Below are positions 32,086 through 41,997 of a stretch of DNA of 64,000 nucleotides, one piece after another. The stretch spans positions 11,516 through 75,515 of the forward strand of contig CAVWHY010000004.1 in assembly GCA_963754955.1 (NCBI GenBank), read 5' to 3'. The stretch's first letter is position 1, and the number at the start of each line of letters is the position of its first letter. Origin of the DNA: an uncultured Acidobacteriota bacterium (GTDB taxonomy: Bacteria > Acidobacteriota > Vicinamibacteria > Vicinamibacterales > CAVVIG01). Under the pieces are notes generated by a model. That model did no database searches. It worked only from the letters and a program-made list of their open reading frames with translations, and was not told the origin of the DNA. Made by a program: the position numbers and the translations under genes.

Positions 32086-33941
32086 GAACGCGTGAGCCGA
32101 TTGTTGACGAACGTCATCAAGTCCACGAACTGGATGTTCTCTCCCCCGGCAGGCGCGCTCGCCTGCGCCCCCTTCAGCATGATCGTGCAGAACGGGCACG
32201 CCGTCACCACCGTGCCGGCCCCGGTGTCGTGAAGCTGTTTGAGGCGCACGTCGCTGATCCGGCTCCCCGGCTCCTCTTCCTTGTCGGCAAACAGCAGCCC
32301 GCCGCCGGCGCCGCAGCAGAAAGGATTGTCCCTGTTGCGCACGGGCTCCCTGAAGTCGATCGCATCGCCGCCGAACCGGGCGAGCAGTTCCCGCGGCTCG
32401 GCCGACTTGCCCGCATATCGGCCCAGGTAGCATGGATCGTGAAACGTCACGGTCTCGACGGGAGTTGCAGCCGCGGCGGGCGGAGGAGGCAGTACCTCGC
32501 GCATCAGGTCGGCCACGAAAACCGACGAGTGCACCACCTCGACTTCGTAGCCGAAACGGCGGTAGTCCTCGCCGATGGTCTTCACGCAGTGCGGGCACGA
32601 CGTCAGGATCTTCTTCGGGCCGGCGCGCTTCAACTCGTCGATGTTCGCGTTCGCGAGCTCCTGGAACATGTACTCGTTGCCGGTCCGCTTGGCGGGGTCG
32701 CCGGTGCACTGCTCTTTCGACAGCACGCCGAACCGGATGTCTCTCGCCCGCAGAATCTCGAACAACGATCGCAGCGACTTCTGAAAGTCGGCCTCGAACG
32801 CCCCGGCGCAGCCCAGCCACACGAGCACGTCGTGCCGGGCAGGGTCGAATGTCTCGAGCGCGGCGGCGGTCACGAACTTCTGCCGCTGGTCGTAGCCGAG
32901 GCCCCAGATGTTCTTCCGCCGCTCGAGGTGGTTGTACATCGAGCCGAGGTACTCCGGCGCCTCTCCGTTCGACACGAGCCCGCGGCGCGCGCCGATGATC
33001 AGCGGCAGGTGCTCGATGCCCACGGGGCACTGGTTTTCGCACGCCCCGCACGTCGTGCACTGCCACAGCACCTTCTCGCTGTACACCTCGCCGAGCTTGC
33101 GATTCTGCTGCCCTGCCAGCAGCGCATCCTGCGTCTGCAGGATGACCGTCTTCGGATTCAGCTCCTTGCCGGAGCCCCACGCCGGGCAATTCACCTGGCA
33201 GCGGCCGCACTCCACGCACGTGAACGCGTCGAGCACGGTCTTCTTCCCGAGATCCTTCACCGTCTCGAGGCCGACTTCCTCCTTCTCGAAGTCCAGGTTG
33301 CGGACGCGTCCCAGCTCGGGCGATTTCAGGAACACGGTGATCGGCGACAACACCAGGTGCAGGTGCTTCGACGCGGGGATCAGCGCGAGGAAGCCGAGGA
33401 TCACGATCATGTGCGCCCACCAGTTCACGCGTCCGGCCATCGTGCGCTCGTCGAGCCGGAAGCCGAGCAGGAACGTGATCATGAGCGTCGCGATGAACAG
33501 GGCGATGACGACCGATTCCATCGACACGTGCTCGCCAAGGCCCGTCGGGCGGACGAAGGCGCGGCGGACCAGGAGGTACAGGATGCCGCCCAGAACGGCC
33601 GCGGCAAACGGCGCGAGGGCGAGCCGATACAGGTGAAACCAGCCCGTGGACGTCAGGTCGGCGATCCCGAGGCCGTAGAGAAACTCGACGGACGTGTAGC
33701 CCGCGAACGCGACGAAGCCCCAGAACACGAGCGCATGCGCCACGCCGGCCACCGGCCGCTCGCGGATCGTCTGCCTCTGCAGGACCACATCCAGCACGAA
33801 CCGCTGGAACCGGGCGCCCGCATCGTCGAACGAGAAGGGCTCGGGGGCGGCGGCGATCAGGCGGACACGCGTAGCGACCTGCGCGGCGAACGCGCCTGCG
33901 CCCGCCAGGAAGAAGATCCAGAACGTCAGTGTCTGTATCAC
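32082..33941 (-). CDS. membrane-anchored Fe-S oxidoreductase (EtfD / heterodisulfide-reductase-related, 2x[4Fe-4S] + CCG domains)
   Basis: ORF, 619 aa. N-terminal TM helices; CVECGRCQVNCP and CTTCGACENQCP ferredoxin motifs; C-terminal cysteine-rich CCG regions (..PFCCGAGGG..). Immediately downstream of etfBA. Confidence 0.8.
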   Translation of the reverse strand: MIQTLTFWIFFLAGAGAFAAQVATRVRLIAAAPEPFSFDDAGARFQRFVLDVVLQRQTIRERPVAGVAHALVFWGFVAFAGYTSVEFLYGLGIADLTSTGWFHLYRLALAPFAAAVLGGILYLLVRRAFVRPTGLGEHVSMESVVIALFIATLMITFLLGFRLDERTMAGRVNWWAHMIVILGFLALIPASKHLHLVLSPITVFLKSPELGRVRNLDFEKEEVGLETVKDLGKKTVLDAFTCVECGRCQVNCPAWGSGKELNPKTVILQTQDALLAGQQNRKLGEVYSEKVLWQCTTCGACENQCPVGIEHLPLIIGARRGLVSNGEAPEYLGSMYNHLERRKNIWGLGYDQRQKFVTAAALETFDPARHDVLVWLGCAGAFEADFQKSLRSLFEILRARDIRFGVLSKEQCTGDPAKRTGNEYMFQELANANIDELKRAGPKKILTSCPHCVKTIGEDYRRFGYEVEVVHSSVFVADLMREVLPPPPAAAATPVETVTFHDPCYLGRYAGKSAEPRELLARFGGDAIDFREPVRNRDNPFCCGAGGGLLFADKEEEPGSRISDVRLKQLHDTGAGTVVTACPFCTIMLKGAQASAPAGGENIQFVDLMTFVNNRLTRS

Positions 33942-33980
33942 TTAGCTCTGCGTCCTCTGCGTATTCCGTGTTGAATGTCG

Positions 33981-34958
33981 CTAAGGCTGTTTCAGAGCCT
34001 CGATTATCGCAGGAACGATCTCGAACAGATCGCCGACGATGCCGTAGTCGGCGACTTCGAAGATGGGCGCGTCGGAATCCTTGTTGATGGCCGCAATCGT
34101 CTGCGAGCCTTTCATCCCGACCAGGTGCTGGATGGCGCCCGAGATGCCGAGAGCCAGGTACAACTTCGGCGCGACGGTCTGGCCGGAACTGCCCACCTGT
34201 CGCGCCATCGGCAGCCACCCGGCGTCGCAGATGGGACGCGACGCGGCGAGCTCCGCCCCGAGCGCGTCCGCCAGCTGCTGGGCGACGGGCAGCTTCTCCT
34301 GTTCCTTGATGCCACGGCCGACGGCGACGATGCGCTCGGCCTGCGACAAGTCCACCGACTGCCGGGCTTCCTGAAACGGCGCTTCCGGCTTCTGGCGGAT
34401 GGCGCCGGCGTCGATCACGACCGACAGTGCGCGAACGGGAGCCGGCGACGGCCCCTTTGCGGCCTGGTCCGCGCGAAAGGCGCCCACCTGCACCGCGATG
34501 AAATGCGGCGTTTCTCCCTGGGGGACCACGTCGGCGGTCAGCTTGCCCTGAAACATCGGACGCACGAACGCGGCTGAACCGTTGACCATCTTGATCGCGG
34601 TAACGTCGGTGACGAGCGCCCGGTCGAGCCGCGCGGCCAGCTTCGGCGCAAAATCGCGTGTCTGGTAGGTGTGCGGCAAGACGACAGTCGCCGGCTTCAG
34701 CTCGCCGACGACGTGCACCAGCGCGGCGGTGAAGCCGTCGGACGTGTACGGTTCGAGGGCGGGCGCCTCCACCGCGACCACTTCCTGCGCCTGCGCAGCA
34801 CTGAGCTCCGCGGCGACGCCTCCGACGTTTGCGCCGAGGACAACGATGGACACCGCACCGCCGCCGGCCAGCTGCTGAGCCGCCGCGATTGCTTCCCATG
34901 TCGCTCGGTTCAGCTTGCCGTCTTTCTGTTCCGCAACCACCAGGATCATGGGATTCAT
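33981..34958 (-). CDS. etfA: electron transfer flavoprotein subunit alpha
   Basis: ORF. C-terminal FAD domain ..VGSSGQTVAPKLYLALGISGAIQHLVGMKGSQTIAAINKD..APIFEVADYGIVGD. Confidence 0.95.
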   Translation of the reverse strand: MNPMILVVAEQKDGKLNRATWEAIAAAQQLAGGGAVSIVVLGANVGGVAAELSAAQAQEVVAVEAPALEPYTSDGFTAALVHVVGELKPATVVLPHTYQTRDFAPKLAARLDRALVTDVTAIKMVNGSAAFVRPMFQGKLTADVVPQGETPHFIAVQVGAFRADQAAKGPSPAPVRALSVVIDAGAIRQKPEAPFQEARQSVDLSQAERIVAVGRGIKEQEKLPVAQQLADALGAELAASRPICDAGWLPMARQVGSSGQTVAPKLYLALGISGAIQHLVGMKGSQTIAAINKDSDAPIFEVADYGIVGDLFEIVPAIIEALKQP

Positions 34959-34962
34959 GGAC

Positions 34963-35724
<762 letters not shown>

Positions 35725-35828
35725 TTGGTCATCTGGTCATTTGGTCATCTGGTCATTGCTGATCAACTGGTCACTCGATCAATCAGTGATCAAATGACCA
35801 AATGACGAGATGACCAGATTGGTTGGCG
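35725..35828. repeat. hairpin H, TGGTCAT/ATGACCA family (locally lower GC)
   Basis: tttggtcatctggtcatttggtcatctggtcattgctgatcaactg // cagtgatcaaatgaccaaatgacgagatgaccagattgg. Fills the gap between the fabF stop (35835) and the etfB start (35724). Confidence 0.8.
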
Positions 35829-35834
35829 TGGCGC

Positions 35835-37082
35835 TCATGGATGAAAGCGCCTGAACAGCAGTGCCGCGTTTGTACCGCCGAAGCCGAAGGAATTCGACAG
35901 GGCATACTCGATCTTCATGTCCCGTTTGACCTTGGGAACGTAGTCGAGGTCGCACTCCGCGTCCGGGCAGTCGAGGTTCACCGTCGGGGGCACCATCTGG
36001 TTGTAGACGGCCAGCGCCGTGATGCCGGCTTCGAGTCCGCCGGCCGCGCCGAGCAGGTGCCCGGTCATCGACTTGGTGGACGACACGGCCAGCTTCGGGG
36101 CGTGGTCGCCGAAGCAGCGCTTGATCGCGATCGTCTCGACGCGGTCGCCGTGCGGCGTCGACGTGCCGTGGGCGTTGATGTAGTCCACGCTTGACGGCTG
36201 CACGCCGGCGCTTTCGATGGCGGCGCCCATGACGCGGTACGGGCCGTCCCCGTCCTCGGACGGCGCGGTGATGTGGTACGCGTCTGCGGACATGCCGTAG
36301 CCGACGACCTCGGCGTAGATTCGCGCCCCGCGCTGCCGGGCGCGCTCGTACTCCTCGAGAATCAGCATCCCCGACCCTTCGCCGACGATGAACCCGTCGC
36401 GATCCCTGTCGAACGGACGGCTCGCGTGCTCGGGATCGTCGTTTCGCTGCGACAGCGCGCGCAGCGCGGCGAAGCCGCCGACGCCCATCGGGGTGATGGC
36501 CGCTTCGGATCCGCCCGCGATCATCACGTCGGCTGTCCCGCGCAGGATGATCTCGTAGGCGTCGCCGAGGGCGTGGGCGGACGCCGAACAGGCGGTACAC
36601 GTCGCCAGGTTCGGTCCCTTGGCACCGAACCGGATGGATACCTGGCCGGCGGCGAGGTTGATGATCGCCGACGGGATGAAAAACGGAGAGATCTTGCGGG
36701 GGCCGCCCTTGAGCAGCGCGATGTGCTCGCGCTCGATCGTGGTGAACCCGCCGATGCCCGACGCGATGAACACGCCGACGCGCGGGGCTTCCTCCTTCGT
36801 GAAGGTCAGCGCCGCATCGTCGACGGCAAACTGCGAGGCCGCGATGGCGTATTGAATGAAGACGTCCATCTTCTTGACGTCTTTCTTCTCGATGTAGGTG
36901 AGCGGGTCGAAGCCCTTGACCTCGCCCGCGATGCGGGTCGAAAACTGCGTGGGATCGAACTTGGTGATGGTCGCAATCCCGCTCTGCCCGGCCAGCAGAG
37001 ACCGCCAGTTGGCCTCCGTGCCGATGCCGAGCGACGACACCAAGCCAATACCCGTGACGACGACGCGCCGTCTGTCCGCCAT
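35835..37082 (-). CDS. fabF: beta-ketoacyl-ACP synthase II
   Basis: ORF, 415 aa. RRVVVTGIGLVS.., active-site ..ATCTACSASAHA.., HGTSTP, GFGGTNA. Confidence 0.95.
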   Translation of the reverse strand: MADRRRVVVTGIGLVSSLGIGTEANWRSLLAGQSGIATITKFDPTQFSTRIAGEVKGFDPLTYIEKKDVKKMDVFIQYAIAASQFAVDDAALTFTKEEAPRVGVFIASGIGGFTTIEREHIALLKGGPRKISPFFIPSAIINLAAGQVSIRFGAKGPNLATCTACSASAHALGDAYEIILRGTADVMIAGGSEAAITPMGVGGFAALRALSQRNDDPEHASRPFDRDRDGFIVGEGSGMLILEEYERARQRGARIYAEVVGYGMSADAYHITAPSEDGDGPYRVMGAAIESAGVQPSSVDYINAHGTSTPHGDRVETIAIKRCFGDHAPKLAVSSTKSMTGHLLGAAGGLEAGITALAVYNQMVPPTVNLDCPDAECDLDYVPKVKRDMKIEYALSNSFGFGGTNAALLFRRFHP

Positions 37083-37106
37083 GAAGTGTCCGGTCCCCGG
37101 GAAGGT

Positions 37107-37349
37107 CTACTTTTTTGTTTTGGCGTGCGACTCGATGTAGTCGACCGCTTCCTTGACGCGCGTGATCTTCTCGGCCTCCTCGTCGGGAATTTCGATGCCG
37201 AATTCCTCCTCGAAGGCCATGACGAGCTCGACGGTGTCGAGCGAGTCGGCGCCCAGATCGTCCACAAACGAAGCGTCCGGCGTCACTTCTTCCTCATCGA
37301 CGCCGAGCTGCTCCACGATGATGCTCTTGACTTTGTCCGATACGGCCAT
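37107..37349 (-). CDS. acpP: acyl carrier protein
   Basis: ORF, 80 aa. [20 protein letters not shown] phosphopantetheine site. Confidence 0.95.
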   Translation of the reverse strand: MAVSDKVKSIIVEQLGVDEEEVTPDASFVDDLGADSLDTVELVMAFEEEFGIEIPDEEAEKITRVKEAVDYIESHAKTKK

Positions 37350-37366
37350 TCAATCCTCCTGCAGTC

Positions 37367-38110
37367 CTACATGTACATTCCGCCGTTGACGGCCAGAACG
37401 TGCCCTGTAATATACGCTGCCTCGTCAGAGGCAAGATAGCACGCCGCACCGGCCACATCGTCGACCGATCCGAGGCGCCCGAGCGGGATCTGCTGCGCCC
37501 AGTCGACCTGCGTCTTCTCGGCGAGGGCCCTGGTCATGTCGGTGTCGACCATGCCCGGCGCGATGACGTTCACGGTGATCCCCCGCGACGCCACCTCGCG
37601 CGCCAGCGCCTTGGCGAACCCGATCAGCCCCGCCTTCGACGCGGCGTAGTTGGTCTGGCCGGCGTTGCCCATCTGCCCGACGACCGAGCTGACGGCGAGG
37701 ATGCGGCCGCCGCGCTGCTTGATCATGGGCCGCATCGCGGCCTGCGCGAGCGCGAACGTCGCGGTCAGGTTGGTGGCGATGACGGCGTCCCAATCCTCGC
37801 GCTTCATGCGCAACAGCAACTGGTCGCGCGTCATGCCGGCGTTGCTCACGACGATGTCGAGCCGCCCGTGGCGATCGACGATCGCGCCGGGGAGCGCCTG
37901 CACCGCGGCGGCGTCCGTGACGTCGAGGCTCACGGCCTCGGCGCGCCGTCCCGCGGCGGCGATGTCCGCGGCGGTCGCGCCCGCGTGATCGCCGCGCGCG
38001 GCGGCGACGACCAGCGCACCCTGTTCCGCCAGCCGGATGGCAATCGCGCGGCCGATGCCGCGCGACGCGCCCGTCACCAGCGCTACTTTGTTCGACAGAT
38101 CGAACATCAC
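37367..38110 (-). CDS. fabG: 3-oxoacyl-ACP reductase
   Basis: ORF, 247 aa. VTGASRGIGRAIA, NYAASKAG, SDR fold, fab cluster context. Confidence 0.9.
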   Translation of the reverse strand: MMFDLSNKVALVTGASRGIGRAIAIRLAEQGALVVAAARGDHAGATAADIAAAGRRAEAVSLDVTDAAAVQALPGAIVDRHGRLDIVVSNAGMTRDQLLLRMKREDWDAVIATNLTATFALAQAAMRPMIKQRGGRILAVSSVVGQMGNAGQTNYAASKAGLIGFAKALAREVASRGITVNVIAPGMVDTDMTRALAEKTQVDWAQQIPLGRLGSVDDVAGAACYLASDEAAYITGHVLAVNGGMYM

Positions 38111-38114
38111 GCGA

Positions 38115-39062
38115 TCAGCGCTTCACTTCCGTCAGGACGTCGAGGGCCGCCAGATCCGCGGGCGCGCCGCACGCGAGCACCCGCGCCTCGCGATCGATCT
38201 TCCGGACCAACCCGCTCAGCACGGTGCCTGCTCCCACCTCAACATACGTTGTGACGCCCTCGGACGCAAGGCGCCGCACGACCGCTTCCCACCGGACCGG
38301 CGCCGACACCTGCGCCACGAGCGCCTCGATCGCGGCGCGCGCGTCGCGCTTCGGCTCGGCGTCGACGTTCGCAATGATGGGTACGCGCGGGTCCGCCGTC
38401 GCCAGCGCACGCAGTTCGGGCGCCAGCCGATCTTCGGCCGGCTTCATCAGCGCGCAGTGAAACGGGGCGCTCACCGGCAGCGGGATCACGCGTTTGGCGC
38501 CGAGCGCCTTCGCGCGCTCTCCGGCGCGCGCCACGCCGTCGCGCGTGCCGGCGATGACCACCTGGCCCGCGCCGTTCAGGTTTGCCGGGCTGACGACCTC
38601 ACCGGCGCCCGTCTCCTCTTCGGCTTCGCGACACGCCTGCGCAACCAGTTCCGCGTCCAGGCCGAGCACCGCGGCCATCGCGCCCGTGCCGACGGGGACG
38701 GCCTCCTGCATGTAGCGGCCCCGGCGATGCACGGTCGTCAGCGCGTCGGCGAACGTGAAGGTGCCGGCGGCGACGTTCGCGGAGTACTCCCCGAGACTGT
38801 GTCCGGCGACGAACGACGGCACGACGCCGCGCGAGGCGAGCAGCCGGCAGGCCGCGATGCTCACGGCGAGCGTCGCCGGCTGCGTCTTCGTCGTCAGCGC
38901 CAGTTCTTCTTCGGGTCCGCTGAAACAGAGACGGCTGAGCGGCCAGCCGAGGGCGGCATCGGCTTCGTCGAAGGTTTCACGGCAGACCGGGAACGCCTCG
39001 GCCAGCGCCTGGCCCATCCCGACTTTCTGCGATCCCTGACCGGGAAAGATGAAGGCGATCAA
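38115..39062 (-). CDS. fabD: malonyl CoA-ACP transacylase
   Basis: ORF. IAFIFPGQGSQKVGMG and GHSLGEYSA motifs. TTG start. Confidence 0.9.
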   Translation of the reverse strand: MIAFIFPGQGSQKVGMGQALAEAFPVCRETFDEADAALGWPLSRLCFSGPEEELALTTKTQPATLAVSIAACRLLASRGVVPSFVAGHSLGEYSANVAAGTFTFADALTTVHRRGRYMQEAVPVGTGAMAAVLGLDAELVAQACREAEEETGAGEVVSPANLNGAGQVVIAGTRDGVARAGERAKALGAKRVIPLPVSAPFHCALMKPAEDRLAPELRALATADPRVPIIANVDAEPKRDARAAIEALVAQVSAPVRWEAVVRRLASEGVTTYVEVGAGTVLSGLVRKIDREARVLACGAPADLAALDVLTEVKR

Positions 39063-40070
39063 TGGCGGGATACCGCCGCGGCGCCGGTGTCCTGCCCGAC
39101 GCGTTCGAGGAAACGATCGGCCGCCAGACGGTACGCCATCGCGATCGCGTTACGCGCGGCCTTGGCGCTCGAGCGCCCGTGGCCGACGATCGTCACGCCC
39201 GCCACGCCGAGCAGCGGCGCGCCGCCGTACTCCGAGTAGTCCACGCGCCGGCGGAAGTGGCGCAGCGCGCGGCGCGTCAGCAGGGATCCGACGCGCATGG
39301 TGATCGTGCTCGACAACTCTTCGCTCAACAAGCCCTCGACCAACCCCGACCAGGCCCTCGCTGATCTTGAGCGCCACGTTGCCGGTAAACCCGTCGCACA
39401 CGATGACATCGGCATCGCCGCTGTACACGTCGCGCGCCTCGACGTTGCCCACGAAGTTGAGCGTGCTGGCCTTCAGCAACTGGTGCGCCTCGCGCGTCAG
39501 TTCGTTGCCCTTGCTGGCTTCCGCGCCGGTCGACAGCAGGCCGACCCGCGGCGAGTCCGTGCCGAGCACCGTGCGGGTGTAGACCTCGCCCATCACCGCG
39601 AACTGCAACAGGTGGTGCGGCCGGCACTCCACGCTCGCGCCGACGTCGAGCAGGACCGCCGGGCGGCGCCGCGTCGGAATCGTCACCGCCAGCGCGGGCC
39701 GATCGACGCCCCGCAACATGCCGAACGCCCCGTGCGCCGCCATGACCGTCGCCCCGGTGTGACCGGCGCTCACGAGGGCCGACGCTTCTCCCCGCGCCAC
39801 CGCGTCGGCCGCGACCTTGACCGACGCCTCGGGTTTCCGGCGCAGCGCCGCCACCGGAGACTCCTCCATCCCGACGACCTCGGGAGCATCCATCACCCGC
39901 ACTGCCGATCGATCGACGTCCACCGCACGCGCCAGTTCCGCCTCAATCGCGGCCGCGGCACCGACGAGCAGGACGCCGAGATCGAAGTGACGAACGGCCG
40001 CCAGCGCACCTTCGACGATGTTGCGCGGTGCCTCGTCGCCTCCCATGGCGTCGACGGCGATCCAAATCAT
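39059..40070 (-). pseudogene. plsX: phosphate acyltransferase PlsX; one frame break (~39335-39345)
   Basis: MIWIAVDAMGGDEAPRNIVEGA.. (inside ORF 39150..40277) up to ..GFTGNVALKISEGLVG. It continues in ORF 39059..39415 frame as LVEGLLSEEL..VDYSEYGGAPLLGV. There is an extra G in a GGGG run. Confidence 0.9.
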
Positions 40071-40080
40071 GCGATTCTCA

Positions 40081-40197
40081 AGGTCGAAGAAGTCCGTAGG
40101 GTCCAAGAGGTCCGAGGGGTCCGGGAGGTCGGCCCCTCCGAATATATGGACCTCTCTGACCTCTGGGACCTGTTGGACCTCTAGTCTTCTTCGACGG
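40081..40197. repeat. hairpin I, GAGGTCC/GGACCTC family, ~50-nt arms; right arm overlaps the rpmF stop
   Basis: Left arm aggtcgaagaagtccgtagggtccaagaggtccgaggggtccgggaggtcg. Reverse complement of the right arm is cgtcgaagaagactagaggtccaacaggtcccagaggtcagagaggtcc. Both begin GTCGAAGAAG. Confidence 0.85.
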
Positions 40198-40363
40198 CCC
40201 GGACCTGCCGGCCGCGGTAGTAGCCGCAGTTGGCGCACACGCGGTGCGGCTGCTTGGGCTCGTGGCAATGCGGGCACTCGGACAGGCTGGCGGGCTTGAG
40301 GGCATCGTGGGTGCGGCGATTGGCCGTCCGCGTCTTGGAATGTCGTCGTTTTGGATTTGGCAT
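40181..40363 (-). CDS. rpmF: 50S ribosomal protein L32
   Basis: ORF, 60 aa. MPNPKRRHSKTRTANRR.. and CxxC..CxxC zinc ribbon. Confidence 0.95.
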   Translation of the reverse strand: MPNPKRRHSKTRTANRRTHDALKPASLSECPHCHEPKQPHRVCANCGYYRGRQVRAVEED

Positions 40364-40367
40364 CTGT

Positions 40368-40928
40368 CTAGTCCTTCGTCGTCGAGTCGGGCTTGTTCCC
40401 CAGCGTCTTGAGCACGGCGAAGCGCGGGTCGACCCAGTCGCGCCGGCACTCGCACGTACCCCGGTTCAGATTTGTGCCGCACACCGGGCACAGCCCCTGG
40501 CACGTGGCGTCGCACAGCGGCTTCATCGGCGCCGCGAGGTAGAACTGCTCGCGCATCAGCTGGCCGAGGTCGATCTGGTCGTTCTCGTAGAACGCGGTCG
40601 CGAAGTCGTCTTCCTCGATCTCGCGTTCGTCGCCCTTGCCGTGCGCGGCGGTGTTCGGCGCGTGCGGCTGATACCGCAGGTCGAACGAGACGTCCACCGG
40701 CACGCGAATCGTTTCCAGGCAGCGGCTGCACGGCAGCTCGAGCATCGTCTGCGTACGGCCGGTGACCCGGAAGTGGTCCCCGTGGCTCGGATCCTTGAAG
40801 ATGTCGAGCGCCAGCGACACCGGCGCCGCCACCCGGAAATCTTCCTGATCCGCCGCGAACACCTCGACCGGATACACCTGCTCGAAGTGCTCGTGCGGTG
40901 TCCGGATCCGGCTTAAATCGAGCACCAT
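40368..40928 (-). CDS. YceD/DUF177 family protein (upstream partner of rpmF)
   Basis: Within ORF 40368..41015, start ATG 40928 (MVLDLSRI..). CSRCLE.. and ..CQGLCPVCGTNLN.. cysteine motifs. Conserved yceD-rpmF-plsX synteny. Confidence 0.85.
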   Translation of the reverse strand: MVLDLSRIRTPHEHFEQVYPVEVFAADQEDFRVAAPVSLALDIFKDPSHGDHFRVTGRTQTMLELPCSRCLETIRVPVDVSFDLRYQPHAPNTAAHGKGDEREIEEDDFATAFYENDQIDLGQLMREQFYLAAPMKPLCDATCQGLCPVCGTNLNRGTCECRRDWVDPRFAVLKTLGNKPDSTTKD

Positions 40929-40959
40929 GGAACCCCCGATCATACCATGCGTGAAGGGT

Positions 40960-41997
40960 TTAGTCAGAATCCCAGGGCTTGGGGATGAAGAGCTGCTCGA
41001 ACAGCCGGATCGCATAGCGATCGGTCATGCCGGCAAGAAAATCGCGCGTCGCGGCGTCGAGGCCCTCCTGCTCGATGGTGCGCGAATCGAGGAATTCGGC
41101 GGGCCGCTCTCGGACCTTGTCCCACAGGCCGCTCAGGATGTCCGACGCCTTCTTGAACTCGAGGGTCGCGACGCTGTTCTCGTACACGGCGTCGAACAGA
41201 TACCGCCGCAGTTCGAGCACAGCTTCGAGGGTCTGCGGGCTCATGCGGATTTCGGCGAGGCCGCCGGCCAGCGTCGCGGTGACGACATCCTTGACGAGCG
41301 TGGCAATTCGCGCCGATGAGGTGGTCCCGAGCATCCGCACCGGCTCCTGCGGCAGGTCGCCGGCCGCCAGCAGCCCCGCACGCGTCGCATCGTCGATATC
41401 GTGATTCACGTAGGCAATGAGGTCGGCCACGCGCATGATCTGGCCCTCGACCGTGCTCGCGCGCAGCGCCGGCGGCATTCCGACCGGGGCGCCCGACTTC
41501 CCTTTCGAGTGCTTCGCGATGCCGTCGCGGACCTCCCAGCTGAGATTCATGCCGCGGCCATCGTTCTCCAGCACGTCGACGATGCGCAGGCTCTGCTCGT
41601 AGTGGTTGAAGCCGCCGGGCATCAGCTGATCGATGACGCGTTCGCCAGCGTGGCCGAACGGGGTGTGGCCGAGGTCGTGGCCGAGCGCGATCGCCTCCGT
41701 CAGCTCTTCGTGGAGCCGCAGGACCTTGGCGATCGTCCGCGCGATCTGCGACACCTCGAGCGTGTGGGTGAGCCGGGTGCGGTAGTGGTCGCCCGTCGGC
41801 GAGAAGAACACCTGCGTCTTGTGTTTCAGCCGGCGGAACGCCTTGCTGTGGATGATGCGATCGCGATCGCGCTGGAACGCCGGACGAACGTCGTCTTCGG
41901 CCTCGGGCCGGAGCCGGCCACGCGATTCCGCACTCCTGGCGGCCTGCGGAGCGAGGATGTCGCGTTCCCGCTGCTCGAGCTGTTCCCGGATCGTCAT
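40960..41997 (-). CDS. dGTP triphosphohydrolase-like HD-domain protein
   Basis: ORF, 345 aa. FQRDRDRIIHSKAFRRLKHKTQVF..HYRTRLTHTLEVSQIAR..HDLGHTPFGHAGE. Confidence 0.9.
   Translation of the reverse strand: MTIREQLEQRERDILAPQAARSAESRGRLRPEAEDDVRPAFQRDRDRIIHSKAFRRLKHKTQVFFSPTGDHYRTRLTHTLEVSQIARTIAKVLRLHEELTEAIALGHDLGHTPFGHAGERVIDQLMPGGFNHYEQSLRIVDVLENDGRGMNLSWEVRDGIAKHSKGKSGAPVGMPPALRASTVEGQIMRVADLIAYVNHDIDDATRAGLLAAGDLPQEPVRMLGTTSSARIATLVKDVVTATLAGGLAEIRMSPQTLEAVLELRRYLFDAVYENSVATLEFKKASDILSGLWDKVRERPAEFLDSRTIEQEGLDAATRDFLAGMTDRYAIRLFEQLFIPKPWDSD

Noticed and set aside
31408-34899. Very long ORFs in the six-frame track that overlap or lie antisense to recognisable genes (31408..34899, 1163 aa; also 2606..4333, 21128..23074, 47971..50124, 55783..58668, 59211..61172 and many Arg/Pro/Ala-rich ones).
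   Set aside because: Stop codons are rare in off-frames of a high-GC genome. These translations are low-complexity R/A/P/G-rich with no family motifs, whereas the alternative frame or strand carries clear conserved proteins. Only their terminal segments (for example DUF374 at 31408-32085, mqnC at 48850-50064) are real.
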